Assembly (NCBI GenBank): GCA_048499675.1
Contig: JASNZL010000006.1
Span: forward strand, 2,089 to 66,088
Length of the DNA stretch: 64,000 nucleotides
Direction of reading: 5' to 3'
Origin: Candidatus Zambryskiibacteriota bacterium
GTDB lineage: Bacteria > Patescibacteriota > Minisyncoccia > Phycocordibacterales > WO2-35-19
In this document: piece by piece, positions 8,637 through 17,459 of the stretch
Layout: every line of letters starts with the position of its first letter
Position numbering within the stretch: the first letter of the stretch is position 1
Translations under genes and position numbers: made by a program
The notes under the pieces: model-generated
Told to the model about the DNA's origin: nothing
What the model saw: the letters and a program-made list of their open reading frames with translations, nothing else
The model's database searches: none

Positions 8637-9680
8637 TCAAGTTCCTGTATCCGTCCAGCACTTTTGAGACTCTGGGACTGTTAATTTGGAACAAATATAC
8701 TGCAAAGGAGAGAGCATGTGAAGAGCATAGTGGGGACGACGAGTGTTGTACCAAATGAGCCAGTCAATTAGTTTCTTGTTAAATTCAGGTACATTATCTC
8801 GAAGAAGTGATCTGTGATAAACAAGGAACTCTTCATTTAGACTACGATTAAATCTCTCCACATGAGCGTTTTCTTTAGGTGATCTTGGATGAGTATTGAA
8901 GTGTAGACCTGTTTCTTCCACTGCTTGGTGGAAGTGGAGAGCAAACTCTGATCCATTGTCAGTCTGGACATCTTTGGGACACAAAGGTAGAACCTGACGA
9001 GTTTTGGAGAGAAAATCGGCAGCACTTCTTGATCCATGATTAGTATAGGCTGTAGCAAAAGCAGTACGTTTTTCGATATCTATGCCAGTCAAAATGTATC
9101 GCTTCACTCCATCCACAAATCGTACAACAGTATCAACTTCCAACACTCTATATCCTTTGGGTCTCCTGAGCTTCTTTCTAGGCTTGTATACTCGCTCAAT
9201 TAGCTTTCCAGTCTTTCCTGAGACGGAGAGTTTTGTGTTTTTTGGTAACTTACCTTGAAACTTTAAGTCATTAATCATTCGACCAACAGTTGAGGGTGAA
9301 AGGTCTGCCACCTTCTCATTTTTCATCATGACAGAAAGTTTGTCCTTCGAGAGACGAGGAGTTTGTCCTCTTTCTTTCAAAATGAAAGCTTCCACCGCTT
9401 CCGGTACGGTTCTTTTTCTTCTGTGTATTGGAGCTGTACTTTTCTTGTTCAGATTCTCTAATTTTCCTAGGTTAGCTTTTAATTTTTTCTGCCATCGGAA
9501 AAGAGTTGGTCTAGAAACCTTGAAAGCTTCCTTTGTAGCTTCCATACTATACTTCTTCCAGAAAGAGAGTATTTTAGCTCTTTCTTTTGCTTGTTCGGTA
9601 ATCATATACCGAAATCGTATCACTCTTTCCCAAGTACTTTTAAATCCTCTGGTTCCCCTAAATTTGTTGAAAAATGCCAT
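8637..9680 (-). CDS. DDE (rve integrase-core) transposase, IS481-family-like
   Basis: N-terminal HTH, rve core with DNGSEF, and HVERFNRSL...RPH in the C-terminus. The ORF is 347 aa. Confidence 0.75.
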   Translation of the reverse strand: MAFFNKFRGTRGFKSTWERVIRFRYMITEQAKERAKILSFWKKYSMEATKEAFKVSRPTLFRWQKKLKANLGKLENLNKKSTAPIHRRKRTVPEAVEAFILKERGQTPRLSKDKLSVMMKNEKVADLSPSTVGRMINDLKFQGKLPKNTKLSVSGKTGKLIERVYKPRKKLRRPKGYRVLEVDTVVRFVDGVKRYILTGIDIEKRTAFATAYTNHGSRSAADFLSKTRQVLPLCPKDVQTDNGSEFALHFHQAVEETGLHFNTHPRSPKENAHVERFNRSLNEEFLVYHRSLLRDNVPEFNKKLIDWLIWYNTRRPHYALHMLSPLQYICSKLTVPESQKCWTDTGT

Positions 9681-9725
9681 ACAAAACTCTTAAACCAGAG
9701 TCTCATATGTTTCTGAACTTATGCA
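8646..9725 (-). mobile_element. IS481-like insertion sequence, intact copy 1
   Basis: A 1080-bp unit is shared with a second copy at 30373-31456. The imperfect terminal inverted repeats are TGTATCCGTCC / GGAACTTATGCA. It contains a single DDE transposase ORF. Confidence 0.7.
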
Positions 9726-9736
9726 CTTATCAAAAT

Positions 9737-10558
9737 CTATTTAACTTCGTAAGTAATACTTACTTGTGACATTATTCTTGTTTCTCCTTGTGGTAATTCT
9801 GCTCTCACTGGGGCAACTGATGATTTAAGCATATCTCCCCCCATTCCCATTTCTCCGTAATAAGGCATTGGCATATAATTTCCGCTTTCATTGAAGTAAA
9901 GCATCTTACCCATTCTTACCCCTAATTGTTTTGACAATTCTTTTGCTTGCTCCTTTGCTTTGCTTATAGCTTCTTCTCTTGCTTTGGCAATAAACTCTTC
10001 TCTATTATCCACAGTAAATTCTAGTCCACTAATATTGCTTACATCTGTTGAGCCGATTTTTGTCACCAAATCTGGAGCCTTGTCTGTATCTCTAACCTTT
10101 ACTGTAATTGTTTGATTAACCTCATATCCCTTCAAAACATTTCTACCTGGAGGACAAACAACACCAACCATAGCTATGCAATATTGCTGTTCCCATTCAT
10201 ATTTTGGATATACATTATAATTTGTTGTTTTGATATCTCTTTCTTCAACTCCTGATTCTCTCACAGCAGAAAGTGCTCTGTTCATTTTTTCGTCCAATTT
10301 TTCTTGAGCCTCCGCCACAGTCCCTCCAACTTCTATAATAGAAAAGTTAAACGTAGCAATATCCGGTATTGCAAATGCTTCCCCTTCTCCGCTCACAGTA
10401 ATCGTTGATTGTGGATAAACTTCTTTACCAACCGATGGTAATTTCTTAAATCCTATTAAAACTTGAACAAAAAGAAAAATTGAAAACAAAACCAACGATA
10501 TAACAAGCCATTTTGTTATTTTTTGACCAGAACCAACACCTAAAAATTGATCTAACAT
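9737..10558 (-). CDS. SIMPL-domain protein (DUF541, YggE-like), membrane-anchored
   Basis: N-terminal TM, and a SIMPL-like repeat architecture with a lysine-rich helix (AKAREEAISKAKEQAKELSKQLG). Confidence 0.6.
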   Translation of the reverse strand: MLDQFLGVGSGQKITKWLVISLVLFSIFLFVQVLIGFKKLPSVGKEVYPQSTITVSGEGEAFAIPDIATFNFSIIEVGGTVAEAQEKLDEKMNRALSAVRESGVEERDIKTTNYNVYPKYEWEQQYCIAMVGVVCPPGRNVLKGYEVNQTITVKVRDTDKAPDLVTKIGSTDVSNISGLEFTVDNREEFIAKAREEAISKAKEQAKELSKQLGVRMGKMLYFNESGNYMPMPYYGEMGMGGDMLKSSVAPVRAELPQGETRIMSQVSITYEVK

Positions 10559-10670
10559 ATTTTTTAATTAACTAATAATGCAAAAACATTATAATCCCAA
10601 TATTAACACAAATCAATCTATACAATCCTACAAATGATATAATAATAAAATTATTAAAGATATAAAACTC

Positions 10671-12401
10671 ATGACAAATAAACAAAATATACTTAGTTTT
10701 TTAATAGTGGTACTTATTCTTGTTTTCACCCTCCCGCTTGCAGTCGATGCGCAGATTCCCACCGGCGTCCCGTCAAGAACCCCTGACCCATCAAGTGGTT
10801 GTACCGGCTTTGAAAACACCGCTCAATGTCGACCAGAATGGGCTTCTGCTGTATCAAAATGCATTACGGGATCGATAAACCAAAGTGCCAACACTTGTGA
10901 TGTGCTAATTAATAATTCTCCTCAAACAATTGCGATATGTTCACCTACAAATACAACAGGACCTTGCAGACCAGAGAGGGTAAATCCTTACGCCGCTGGC
11001 ACAATCGCTAGACAAGCTGAAATAATGGGTAGATCAGTCGGATATGACATAACATGTAGTGCAAGCAGAGCTTCTTTCTGGGGAACTGACACAAATACAG
11101 GACTTGATTATTTTATGAATAGTCTTTGTTCAATAGATGGCACACAAATGACTGGCATCTCTGCTGAATTATTAGTAAACAGCTATCCTAATAGTTGGCA
11201 AACACTAGAGACAGAAATTAAAAGTACTGAAGCTTCTATAACTTGCGGGGGGATCCAGTACGTATTCTTCAATACCGACGGCACATACAGATGTTTAGCT
11301 CGTCCAACCAATCCTACCGCTCCCACAACTCCTACCACCCCAACTACACCCACAACTCCCACAGCACCCACCACACCAACTTATGTAACAAGTACTGGAT
11401 ATAGCTACTCAACCGAGCTTCTTAATACACTTTACAACATGGTGAACTCGATGAGGACACAGCTTGCATCAATCGGCGCAACAGGTGTAACAACAGGTAC
11501 AACAGCCATGCAAACAACTAGTACTTCTGGTTTTACAACACCAATGATTGACCTTATAAACCAGATGACAGCTACGCTACAATCACAACTTACTTCTATT
11601 GGTACAACAGGAGGAACAACAGGTACAGGTACAACAGGAACACAGACTGAAACACAAACAGTTACCAACACATCTACACATGTTACCGTCAATCCAAATG
11701 ACCCAAACTCCAAATGCACCGGTTACGAAACGACTGAAAATTGCCACCCCGAATGGGCGATATCTGCCGGTAATTGTTTGGCTGGTACAATAAATACACA
11801 AATGAGTACTTGCCAAGTTAACCCCGCTATCGCTCCCAATCTTGCAAAAATATCTCCAATGGTTTCTATTTGTTCAGCAACAAACATGAGTGGTCCTTGT
11901 AAACCAGAAAGAGTAAACATATATGGAGCAACTACTTTGGCAAAAGAATATGAAGCAAATAGCGGTGGGACGAGGACGTGTGGAGTACAGCAGGTGCATA
12001 TGTTTGGAAATCTAGACCCTAACACCAATCTTCCATATTATTACAACATAGAATGTTCTTCATCAGTAGACAGTAGTCCACAAATTAGTCTCTGGTTAGA
12101 AGGGGCTCAACAAAAATTTGCAAGTTTTTCAGTTGGAGAAACTATCAAATATCATTTTAGAATGGAAAACATTAATTCAGTTAGTTCTTATTACAGCGCC
12201 AGTCCCGGTGACAAATGTGTTGGTGGCTCAAATAATGGAGAACAAAAACCTTGGATAATAAATAACGTCTCACCATTTGGCGTCGAAACATCTGTAGCAC
12301 AACAATGCCAATCTGGTTCAAATTATGTTATATCGCTAGTTGGGAAAAATAAAATTACTGGCAAAACAGCGGCATCAACAATTTCAGTCTATATAAGATA
12401 A
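10671..12401 (+). CDS. Secreted repeat protein: signal peptide, two copies of a roughly 80-aa Cys-rich domain, and a (PTT)n plus T/G-rich linker
   Basis: Signal peptide LIVVLILVFTLPLAVDA. Duplicated domains GCTGFENTAQCRPEWA...CSPTNTTGPCRPERVNPY and KCTGYETTENCHPEWA...CSATNMSGPCKPERVNIY. Linker PTTPTTPTTPTTPTAPTTPT. Confidence 0.65.
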   Translation: MTNKQNILSFLIVVLILVFTLPLAVDAQIPTGVPSRTPDPSSGCTGFENTAQCRPEWASAVSKCITGSINQSANTCDVLINNSPQTIAICSPTNTTGPCRPERVNPYAAGTIARQAEIMGRSVGYDITCSASRASFWGTDTNTGLDYFMNSLCSIDGTQMTGISAELLVNSYPNSWQTLETEIKSTEASITCGGIQYVFFNTDGTYRCLARPTNPTAPTTPTTPTTPTTPTAPTTPTYVTSTGYSYSTELLNTLYNMVNSMRTQLASIGATGVTTGTTAMQTTSTSGFTTPMIDLINQMTATLQSQLTSIGTTGGTTGTGTTGTQTETQTVTNTSTHVTVNPNDPNSKCTGYETTENCHPEWAISAGNCLAGTINTQMSTCQVNPAIAPNLAKISPMVSICSATNMSGPCKPERVNIYGATTLAKEYEANSGGTRTCGVQQVHMFGNLDPNTNLPYYYNIECSSSVDSSPQISLWLEGAQQKFASFSVGETIKYHFRMENINSVSSYYSASPGDKCVGGSNNGEQKPWIINNVSPFGVETSVAQQCQSGSNYVISLVGKNKITGKTAASTISVYIR

Positions 12402-12406
12402 AGTGG

Positions 12407-13249
12407 TTATTCTTCAATCAAATCCAAAAGATTTTCGAATAGACAAGCAACAGTTATAACCCCAATACCACCAGGTACTGGGGTTATTGCTTTTACATTT
12501 TTTGAAACTATATCAAAATCCACATCTCCCACTACCAGATTTCTCCCTTCGGCTGTTTCCCCTATCTTGTTTATACCAACATCAATTACTACTTGGTTTG
12601 GATTTGTAAACTCCCTCGTTATCAACTTAATACTCCCAGTCGCAGAAACCAAAATATCTGCTTTGCTTGAGTATTCAATAACATCTTCCCGCTTGGATTC
12701 TTTATCAAAAACCACAACTTCCGCACCTTCTTTTTTTAGAGATTCTGAAATAGGGGCGCCCGCCAAAATTGACTTACCCAAAACAACTACATTACACCCT
12801 CTTATATTTATTTCGTAAAAATTAAGTAGGGATAATACAGCCCTTGCAGTCGCTGGTGTGACAACATTTACAAAATCATCTCCGAGAGATCTGGAGAGAG
12901 CGTCTGCATCCATATTTTTTGGAATTAAATTCAACACCTTCTCTGTGTTTAAATGACTCGGTAACGGCAGTTGAACAATTATTCCATCGTATTTTTCTTC
13001 TTCTACAATTTTTTGTATATCTGATTCTAGTTCTTCTTGGCTAATTTTCTCTTCATTTTTTTTTAACAAAACATCTACACCAACATCTTTACCAAAATCC
13101 ATTTTACTTTTGATATAAATATTGGAATCACTTCTGTTGCCCACTTGTATTATGAGCAAAGTTGGCTTTTTTGTGAGCTTTTTTATCCTTACGACTAAAT
13201 TATCCTTTATTTTCTCCTTCACAGGAGCACCGTATAAAATTTTTGCCAT
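12407..13249 (-). CDS. folD: Bifunctional methylenetetrahydrofolate dehydrogenase/cyclohydrolase
   Basis: MAKILYGAPVKEKIK...LIIQVGNRSDSNIYIKSK...VVVLGKSILAGAPI...PVPGGIGVITVA are canonical FolD motifs. The start is set at the internal Met. Confidence 0.85.
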   Translation of the reverse strand: MAKILYGAPVKEKIKDNLVVRIKKLTKKPTLLIIQVGNRSDSNIYIKSKMDFGKDVGVDVLLKKNEEKISQEELESDIQKIVEEEKYDGIIVQLPLPSHLNTEKVLNLIPKNMDADALSRSLGDDFVNVVTPATARAVLSLLNFYEINIRGCNVVVLGKSILAGAPISESLKKEGAEVVVFDKESKREDVIEYSSKADILVSATGSIKLITREFTNPNQVVIDVGINKIGETAEGRNLVVGDVDFDIVSKNVKAITPVPGGIGVITVACLFENLLDLIEE

Positions 13250-13371
13250 TTTTAAAATATACCATTCTTTCTTTATTTTGTAATTTTGTCTAATCGTTTT
13301 ATATAACAGAAATCCCCCAGACCCACCCACAATTGGGAAAGGGTCTGAGGGATTAAGAATCGGAGGGTCAA

Positions 13372-14043
13372 CTACGCCACGAGTGTCTGCGGAACGACAA
13401 TCCGAGGACGGCTAGCGCCATTCCAACCGTCGTCACGCGAGAACCGGAGGGCGACGGCGTCAGGCCTCTCGCCGGAATCCAGACTCACGCGAGCAACGAA
13501 GAATTTGCGATTTTCCTTGAACAGGAAAAAAGTGGCATATCCTTCCTTCCGAAGCCAGTCCTTGTGGTCTTCCACAAAAGCAATGATTTGCTCCTGTGTC
13601 AGACAAAGGTCTTCCCGTTCGCGACCCAACAAGCTGTCGAAGATGGTTTCAAAATCACCATCCTCGACCATCTCGTAGACCAGAACGGGCGTTTCTGGTT
13701 TCGCTTCTCCTGGAACATCCAAACCCCAGTTTTTGAAGTCGGAGTCGATGCCCCAAGTGAAGATGTCCGTGGCCTGGGCGATGGTTCTGTGCCCACTCGT
13801 GGCGCGGATAGTGATTTGCTTCCCGCCCGAGATGAGGCGGAGAATGTTCGCCTTTCCTGTTGGAATATCTCCAATCATTTTGCCCTCAATCACATTTTGC
13901 AATGTGGAGAGAAGAGCTTCCGGATTATAATTTCCGACTTTGGCACGGCGGATAAGCTCGGGGATTCTGCTTTCCAACAAAGTTTCCCACTCTTCCGCTG
14001 TGGGTTTCCTTTTCATACCGTCTGGGACAACGCGGGTCGTCAT
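13372..14043 (-). CDS. Hypothetical protein, GC-rich (about 52-55%) orphan next to IS30
   Basis: The ORF is open throughout and its GC content and codon usage are foreign to the host. No recognisable motif. The start is taken at MTTRVVPDG. Confidence 0.45.
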   Translation of the reverse strand: MTTRVVPDGMKRKPTAEEWETLLESRIPELIRRAKVGNYNPEALLSTLQNVIEGKMIGDIPTGKANILRLISGGKQITIRATSGHRTIAQATDIFTWGIDSDFKNWGLDVPGEAKPETPVLVYEMVEDGDFETIFDSLLGREREDLCLTQEQIIAFVEDHKDWLRKEGYATFFLFKENRKFFVARVSLDSGERPDAVALRFSRDDGWNGASRPRIVVPQTLVA

Positions 14044-14093
14044 GACAGTTTCCTTTCTCAATGAGCACGGGTTTTGTATAGGTATTGAACCTC

Positions 14094-15128
14094 CTGAAAA
14101 TTCTTGTTTGAAATGCAACTGGCGGTAATATAATTTGTATGGGAAAAACAAGAATTTTCGTCCAGTTGGACGAGCATAAAAGAGACAGGATTGAAGCTCT
14201 TTTGACTCAAGGAGTGGAGAAAAAATTAATAGCTAAAATCATCGGAGTACACAAAAGCACCGTCACAAGAGAGGTACAAAAAAGAAGCAGATTGAATGGA
14301 GAATATAGAGCCAGCTCTGCGGAACACAAAGCTCAAATTTTGCGGAGCAACTCTAAATATCAAGGCATGAAAATCGAGAGGCATCCGGAACTCCGGAGGT
14401 TCATAATTTCAGAATTAAAAAAATATCAATCTCCCGATGGTATCGCCGGAAGAATGAGAGAAGAAAAATGGTCAGTCAGAGTTTCGGGAGATGCCATATA
14501 CCGATGGCTTCGATCTGTTCACGGAGTAAGATATTGCAAGTATCTTTGTACCAAAAGATATCGCAAGAAACCGCATACTGATACTCCAAAGAGGCAGATC
14601 ATCCCAAATATGGTCAGTATTCACGATATGCCAGCTAATCCGGGATTTGTGACCGAAGGAGACACATTCCTTTCACCAAAGAAAATATCCAAAACGGCAG
14701 CGGTACTTGTCGGTTGGAGAGAAACCAAACTTCTCAAAGGAGACTTGGTTAAAAGTCTCCGACCGATACATACTGCGAGAGTTATGAGAAAAATTAACAA
14801 TGAAAACATCATTCATGTTATGATTTTGGACCAAGGTGGAGAAAACCGAGAGCATGAAAAATTCAGCATGAAGACATATTTTTGCGATCCGGCATCTCCG
14901 AGGCAGAAACCCTTCATTGAGTCCAGCATCGGATTATGTAGAAGATGGTTTTGGCCCAAGGGAACTAATTTGAAAAAAGTATCAAAAGAAGAATTCCAAG
15001 AAAAATTGGAAATCTTAAACAACAAATACAGAAAAACGCTTCGTTACCGAAGCGCCAATGAAGCAGCGAGAGAGTGTGGTATCATTCATGGCAATTAGCA
15101 ACTCCAGTTGCATTTCACCCCAGAATTT
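14094..15128 (+). mobile_element. IS30-family insertion sequence with about 25-bp terminal inverted repeats
   Basis: IRL aaattcttgtttgaaatgcaactgg (14096-14122) and IRR ccagttgcatttcaccccagaattt (15104-15128) are reverse complements. They bracket a single transposase ORF. Confidence 0.75.
14139..15098 (+). CDS. IS30-family transposase
   Basis: N-terminal HTH (IAKIIGVHKSTVTREV) and a C-terminal FCDPASPRQKPFIESSIGLCRRWFPKGTNL, typical of IS30 DDE transposases. Confidence 0.7.
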   Translation: MGKTRIFVQLDEHKRDRIEALLTQGVEKKLIAKIIGVHKSTVTREVQKRSRLNGEYRASSAEHKAQILRSNSKYQGMKIERHPELRRFIISELKKYQSPDGIAGRMREEKWSVRVSGDAIYRWLRSVHGVRYCKYLCTKRYRKKPHTDTPKRQIIPNMVSIHDMPANPGFVTEGDTFLSPKKISKTAAVLVGWRETKLLKGDLVKSLRPIHTARVMRKINNENIIHVMILDQGGENREHEKFSMKTYFCDPASPRQKPFIESSIGLCRRWFWPKGTNLKKVSKEEFQEKLEILNNKYRKTLRYRSANEAARECGIIHGN

Positions 15129-15263
15129 ACACAAAACCTCCTCTACTTACTATACATAAATTTACTGATTTGTCAAATGAATGAAACCCGGCACCAATCA
15201 GGGATTGGCACCGGGGCTATTGCTTTACTTCGGGTGTCGCCTTTGAACAAGACGACTCCTGTC

Positions 15264-15470
15264 TTAAGCTTTAAGTATTTTAACTATTAAATATAAAAAA
15301 TCAAAATAAAACCGCGAGGAAATATCCTTCAAATACTTTTTAAAATCTTTTTTTACTCCATTATGTTTTAGAGCAAAATCAACTGTTGCTTTTAGAAATC
15401 CAATCTTACTACCACAATCATATCTTTTGCCTTTAAAAAGTACACCATACACGGGAGCCTTTTTTAGATA
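15264..15470 (-). pseudogene. galU: Remnant of UTP-glucose-1-phosphate uridylyltransferase (GalU), C-terminal about 60 aa only
   Basis: LFKGKRYDCGSKIGFLKATVDFALKH matches the GalU C-terminus (FDCGSKLGYLxA). The upstream frame is closed by stops, so the N-terminal roughly 230 aa are missing. Confidence 0.55.
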
Positions 15471-15680
15471 ACTCTTTAGTGCATCAGCTAGTCGTATCTC
15501 ACCACTTCTTTTTTATGTCTTTCACCTTTTTATTATATGACTTGAGCCACCTCGCAGGATCGGTCACGGATAATTTCCTCATCGTCACTCGGAAATTTCC
15601 GCGACCCCGCCTCGCGACCAGCTTTGCTAAGCTGGTACCCGCTCCGACTTTCGATCCTGCAATAAAACTACTTTTTATTG

Positions 15681-15753
15681 AGCCACCTCGCAGGATCGAA
15701 CTGCGGACCTGCGGTTTACGATACCGCCGCTCTACCAACTGAGCTAAGGTGGC
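15681..15753 (-). tRNA. tRNA-Thr (anticodon CGU)
   Basis: Cloverleaf GCCACCT/AGGTGGC acceptor, D-arm GCTCAGTTGGTAGAGC, anticodon stem GCGGT/ACCGC with loop ATCGTAA, and T-arm CTGCG-TTCGATC-CGCAG. Confidence 0.8.
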
Positions 15754-15952
15754 AAATTTTACGATAAATGAGCCGTTGATCGGGATTGGTGTCAACTCAC
15801 ATCAATATTTTTATTCGTAATACTCTAAAAATATTGTGTGGTTCCTACCCGGCCTCGCCCGTCTCGCTTAGCTCGACATGGCTCCGGCTTTCAACCTCCG
15901 AACGCAAAGCAAGCAGTTTCTTTGCTTCAACACCTCACTCACTTTGTTCGTG

Positions 15953-16025
15953 AGCCGTTGATCGGGATTGAACCGATGACCTCCCCCTTACCATGGGGGT
16001 GCTCTACCAACTGAGCTACAACGGC
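15953..16025 (-). tRNA. tRNA-Thr (anticodon GGU)
   Basis: GCCGTTG/CAACGGC acceptor, anticodon stem CCCCC/GGGGG with loop ATGGTAA, T-loop TTCAATC. Confidence 0.8.
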
Positions 16026-16139
16026 ATAGATTAAATCTATTATATAAAACAAATCTTTTCAAACCACAAATAAAATCAAAATTTAAAAATCAAAATTAAA
16101 AATTACAATTTAAAATTTAAAATTTTTGGACTTTTTAAC

Positions 16140-16820
16140 TTATTTATTCGTATCGTTCGCACCCATTTGTGTATTAGTGTCGTTTTGCTTCTCATAATCC
16201 TTATACAAAAGTGAAAGTCCTCCGAGAGCCAATACAAAAGTTATAAGCGGAAGAATAAAAAAGTACTTCAAAGACAAGTCAACAAGTTTTGAACCCAGAT
16301 AAACATAGAGAAGGTTTAGAGGAATAAAGAATAATGAGTTAAGCACGACAAATGTAAAAAAATTCATTTTACTGAGTCCTGCCGAATATGCCACCAGCTC
16401 CGGAATTGTCATAAAACCAATTCGAGCTTTTATAAATGACTTTGTGTCATTCAAAACAGAAAGTGCCTTTTCTATTTTTTCAAAATACTTTTCTCCAGCA
16501 AGTTTTCTCACAATTTTCGCTCCATATTTCCTCGCCAAAACAAAACAAGTAATTGAACCTAAAATATCTCCTATCATTACTATTATAAAAGCTTTTGTAC
16601 TTCCATAGAGAGCGCCCGCTACCAAATAAAGTGGTGAACCGCCAAGAGGAGCAATAATAAGCGTGGACATCTTCAGAAGAATTATGACGAGCGGAGCAAG
16701 GATTCCAAAACTTTCTACTTTTTCTTGCAATTGTCCACCACGCACCAAAACCATAGCAAAAACAAAAATTGCAACTATAAAAACAAACCACCCTATTTCA
16801 ACTATTTTCTCTCTTTTCAT
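16140..16820 (-). CDS. DedA/VTT-domain (TVP38/TMEM64) family membrane protein
   Basis: Multi-pass membrane protein with a VTT-like core. The last 8 codons (MGANDTNK) are encoded by a CGAATG-type intergenic repeat. Confidence 0.55.
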   Translation of the reverse strand: MKREKIVEIGWFVFIVAIFVFAMVLVRGGQLQEKVESFGILAPLVIILLKMSTLIIAPLGGSPLYLVAGALYGSTKAFIIVMIGDILGSITCFVLARKYGAKIVRKLAGEKYFEKIEKALSVLNDTKSFIKARIGFMTIPELVAYSAGLSKMNFFTFVVLNSLFFIPLNLLYVYLGSKLVDLSLKYFFILPLITFVLALGGLSLLYKDYEKQNDTNTQMGANDTNK

Positions 16821-17242
16821 TTATTTAAATAATTTTTTATTAGAATAAGTGAATTATTATTTATAAAATTATCTATTTTTAGTAGTTCATCCAAAGGTTT
16901 CCAAGCCCATTCTGAAAATTTTTCTGGTTCCATTAATATAAAATCTTTATCGGTTTTACAGAGAAAAACCGGCACCACATCACCTTCTTTTGCGCCCAAA
17001 ACTTCTCCCAAATAATCAACAAAATCTAAATCTTTTATACCAACTTCTTCATAAATTTCCCTTTTTATAGTTTCTCCTACTGTCTCCCCTTCATCACATC
17101 TTCCCCCGGGCATTGTCCAAACTGAAATATTTTTCCATTTATTTTTGTAATGTCTAAATCCAACCAGAATCTTTTGGTCTTTAATAATGCAAGCGACCGG
17201 GCAAACATTGTCCTTTCCTTTTTCTTTTAACTTATCTTCCAT
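16817..17242 (-). CDS. NUDIX hydrolase
   Basis: Nudix box GGRCDEGETVGETIKREIYEEVGI. Confidence 0.8.
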   Translation of the reverse strand: MEDKLKEKGKDNVCPVACIIKDQKILVGFRHYKNKWKNISVWTMPGGRCDEGETVGETIKREIYEEVGIKDLDFVDYLGEVLGAKEGDVVPVFLCKTDKDFILMEPEKFSEWAWKPLDELLKIDNFINNNSLILIKNYLNK

Positions 17243-17459
17243 TTTTTATTTTTATCTTATCTCGTTTAAATTATTTGAATTTGGGATTTTAAATTTTTTT
17301 AGAATTTCGGATTTAGTATTTAGAATTTTATCGTAACTCGCAACTCGCCTCCTTAATCCGTGTCGTGTTTTACTTTCTAAACTTTCTGAACTTTTAAACT
17401 TTCTAACTAATGTATTAGTGTGATTAGTGGGTTACTTTCTAAACTTTTTAACTTTCAAA

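Noticed and set aside
8215-8640. Search for tRNA-Trp upstream of secE (conserved in many bacteria) and for an ORF in the AT-rich spacer
   Set aside because: No cloverleaf could be folded by eye. The region consists of the AAAATTAAAAAT repeat, a CATGCGRAT repeat and a terminator hairpin.
15499-15795. 98-aa ORF on the minus strand
   Set aside because: It lies entirely over tRNA-Thr(CGU) and its downstream repeat module, and is basic with low complexity. It is a spurious frame through RNA genes.
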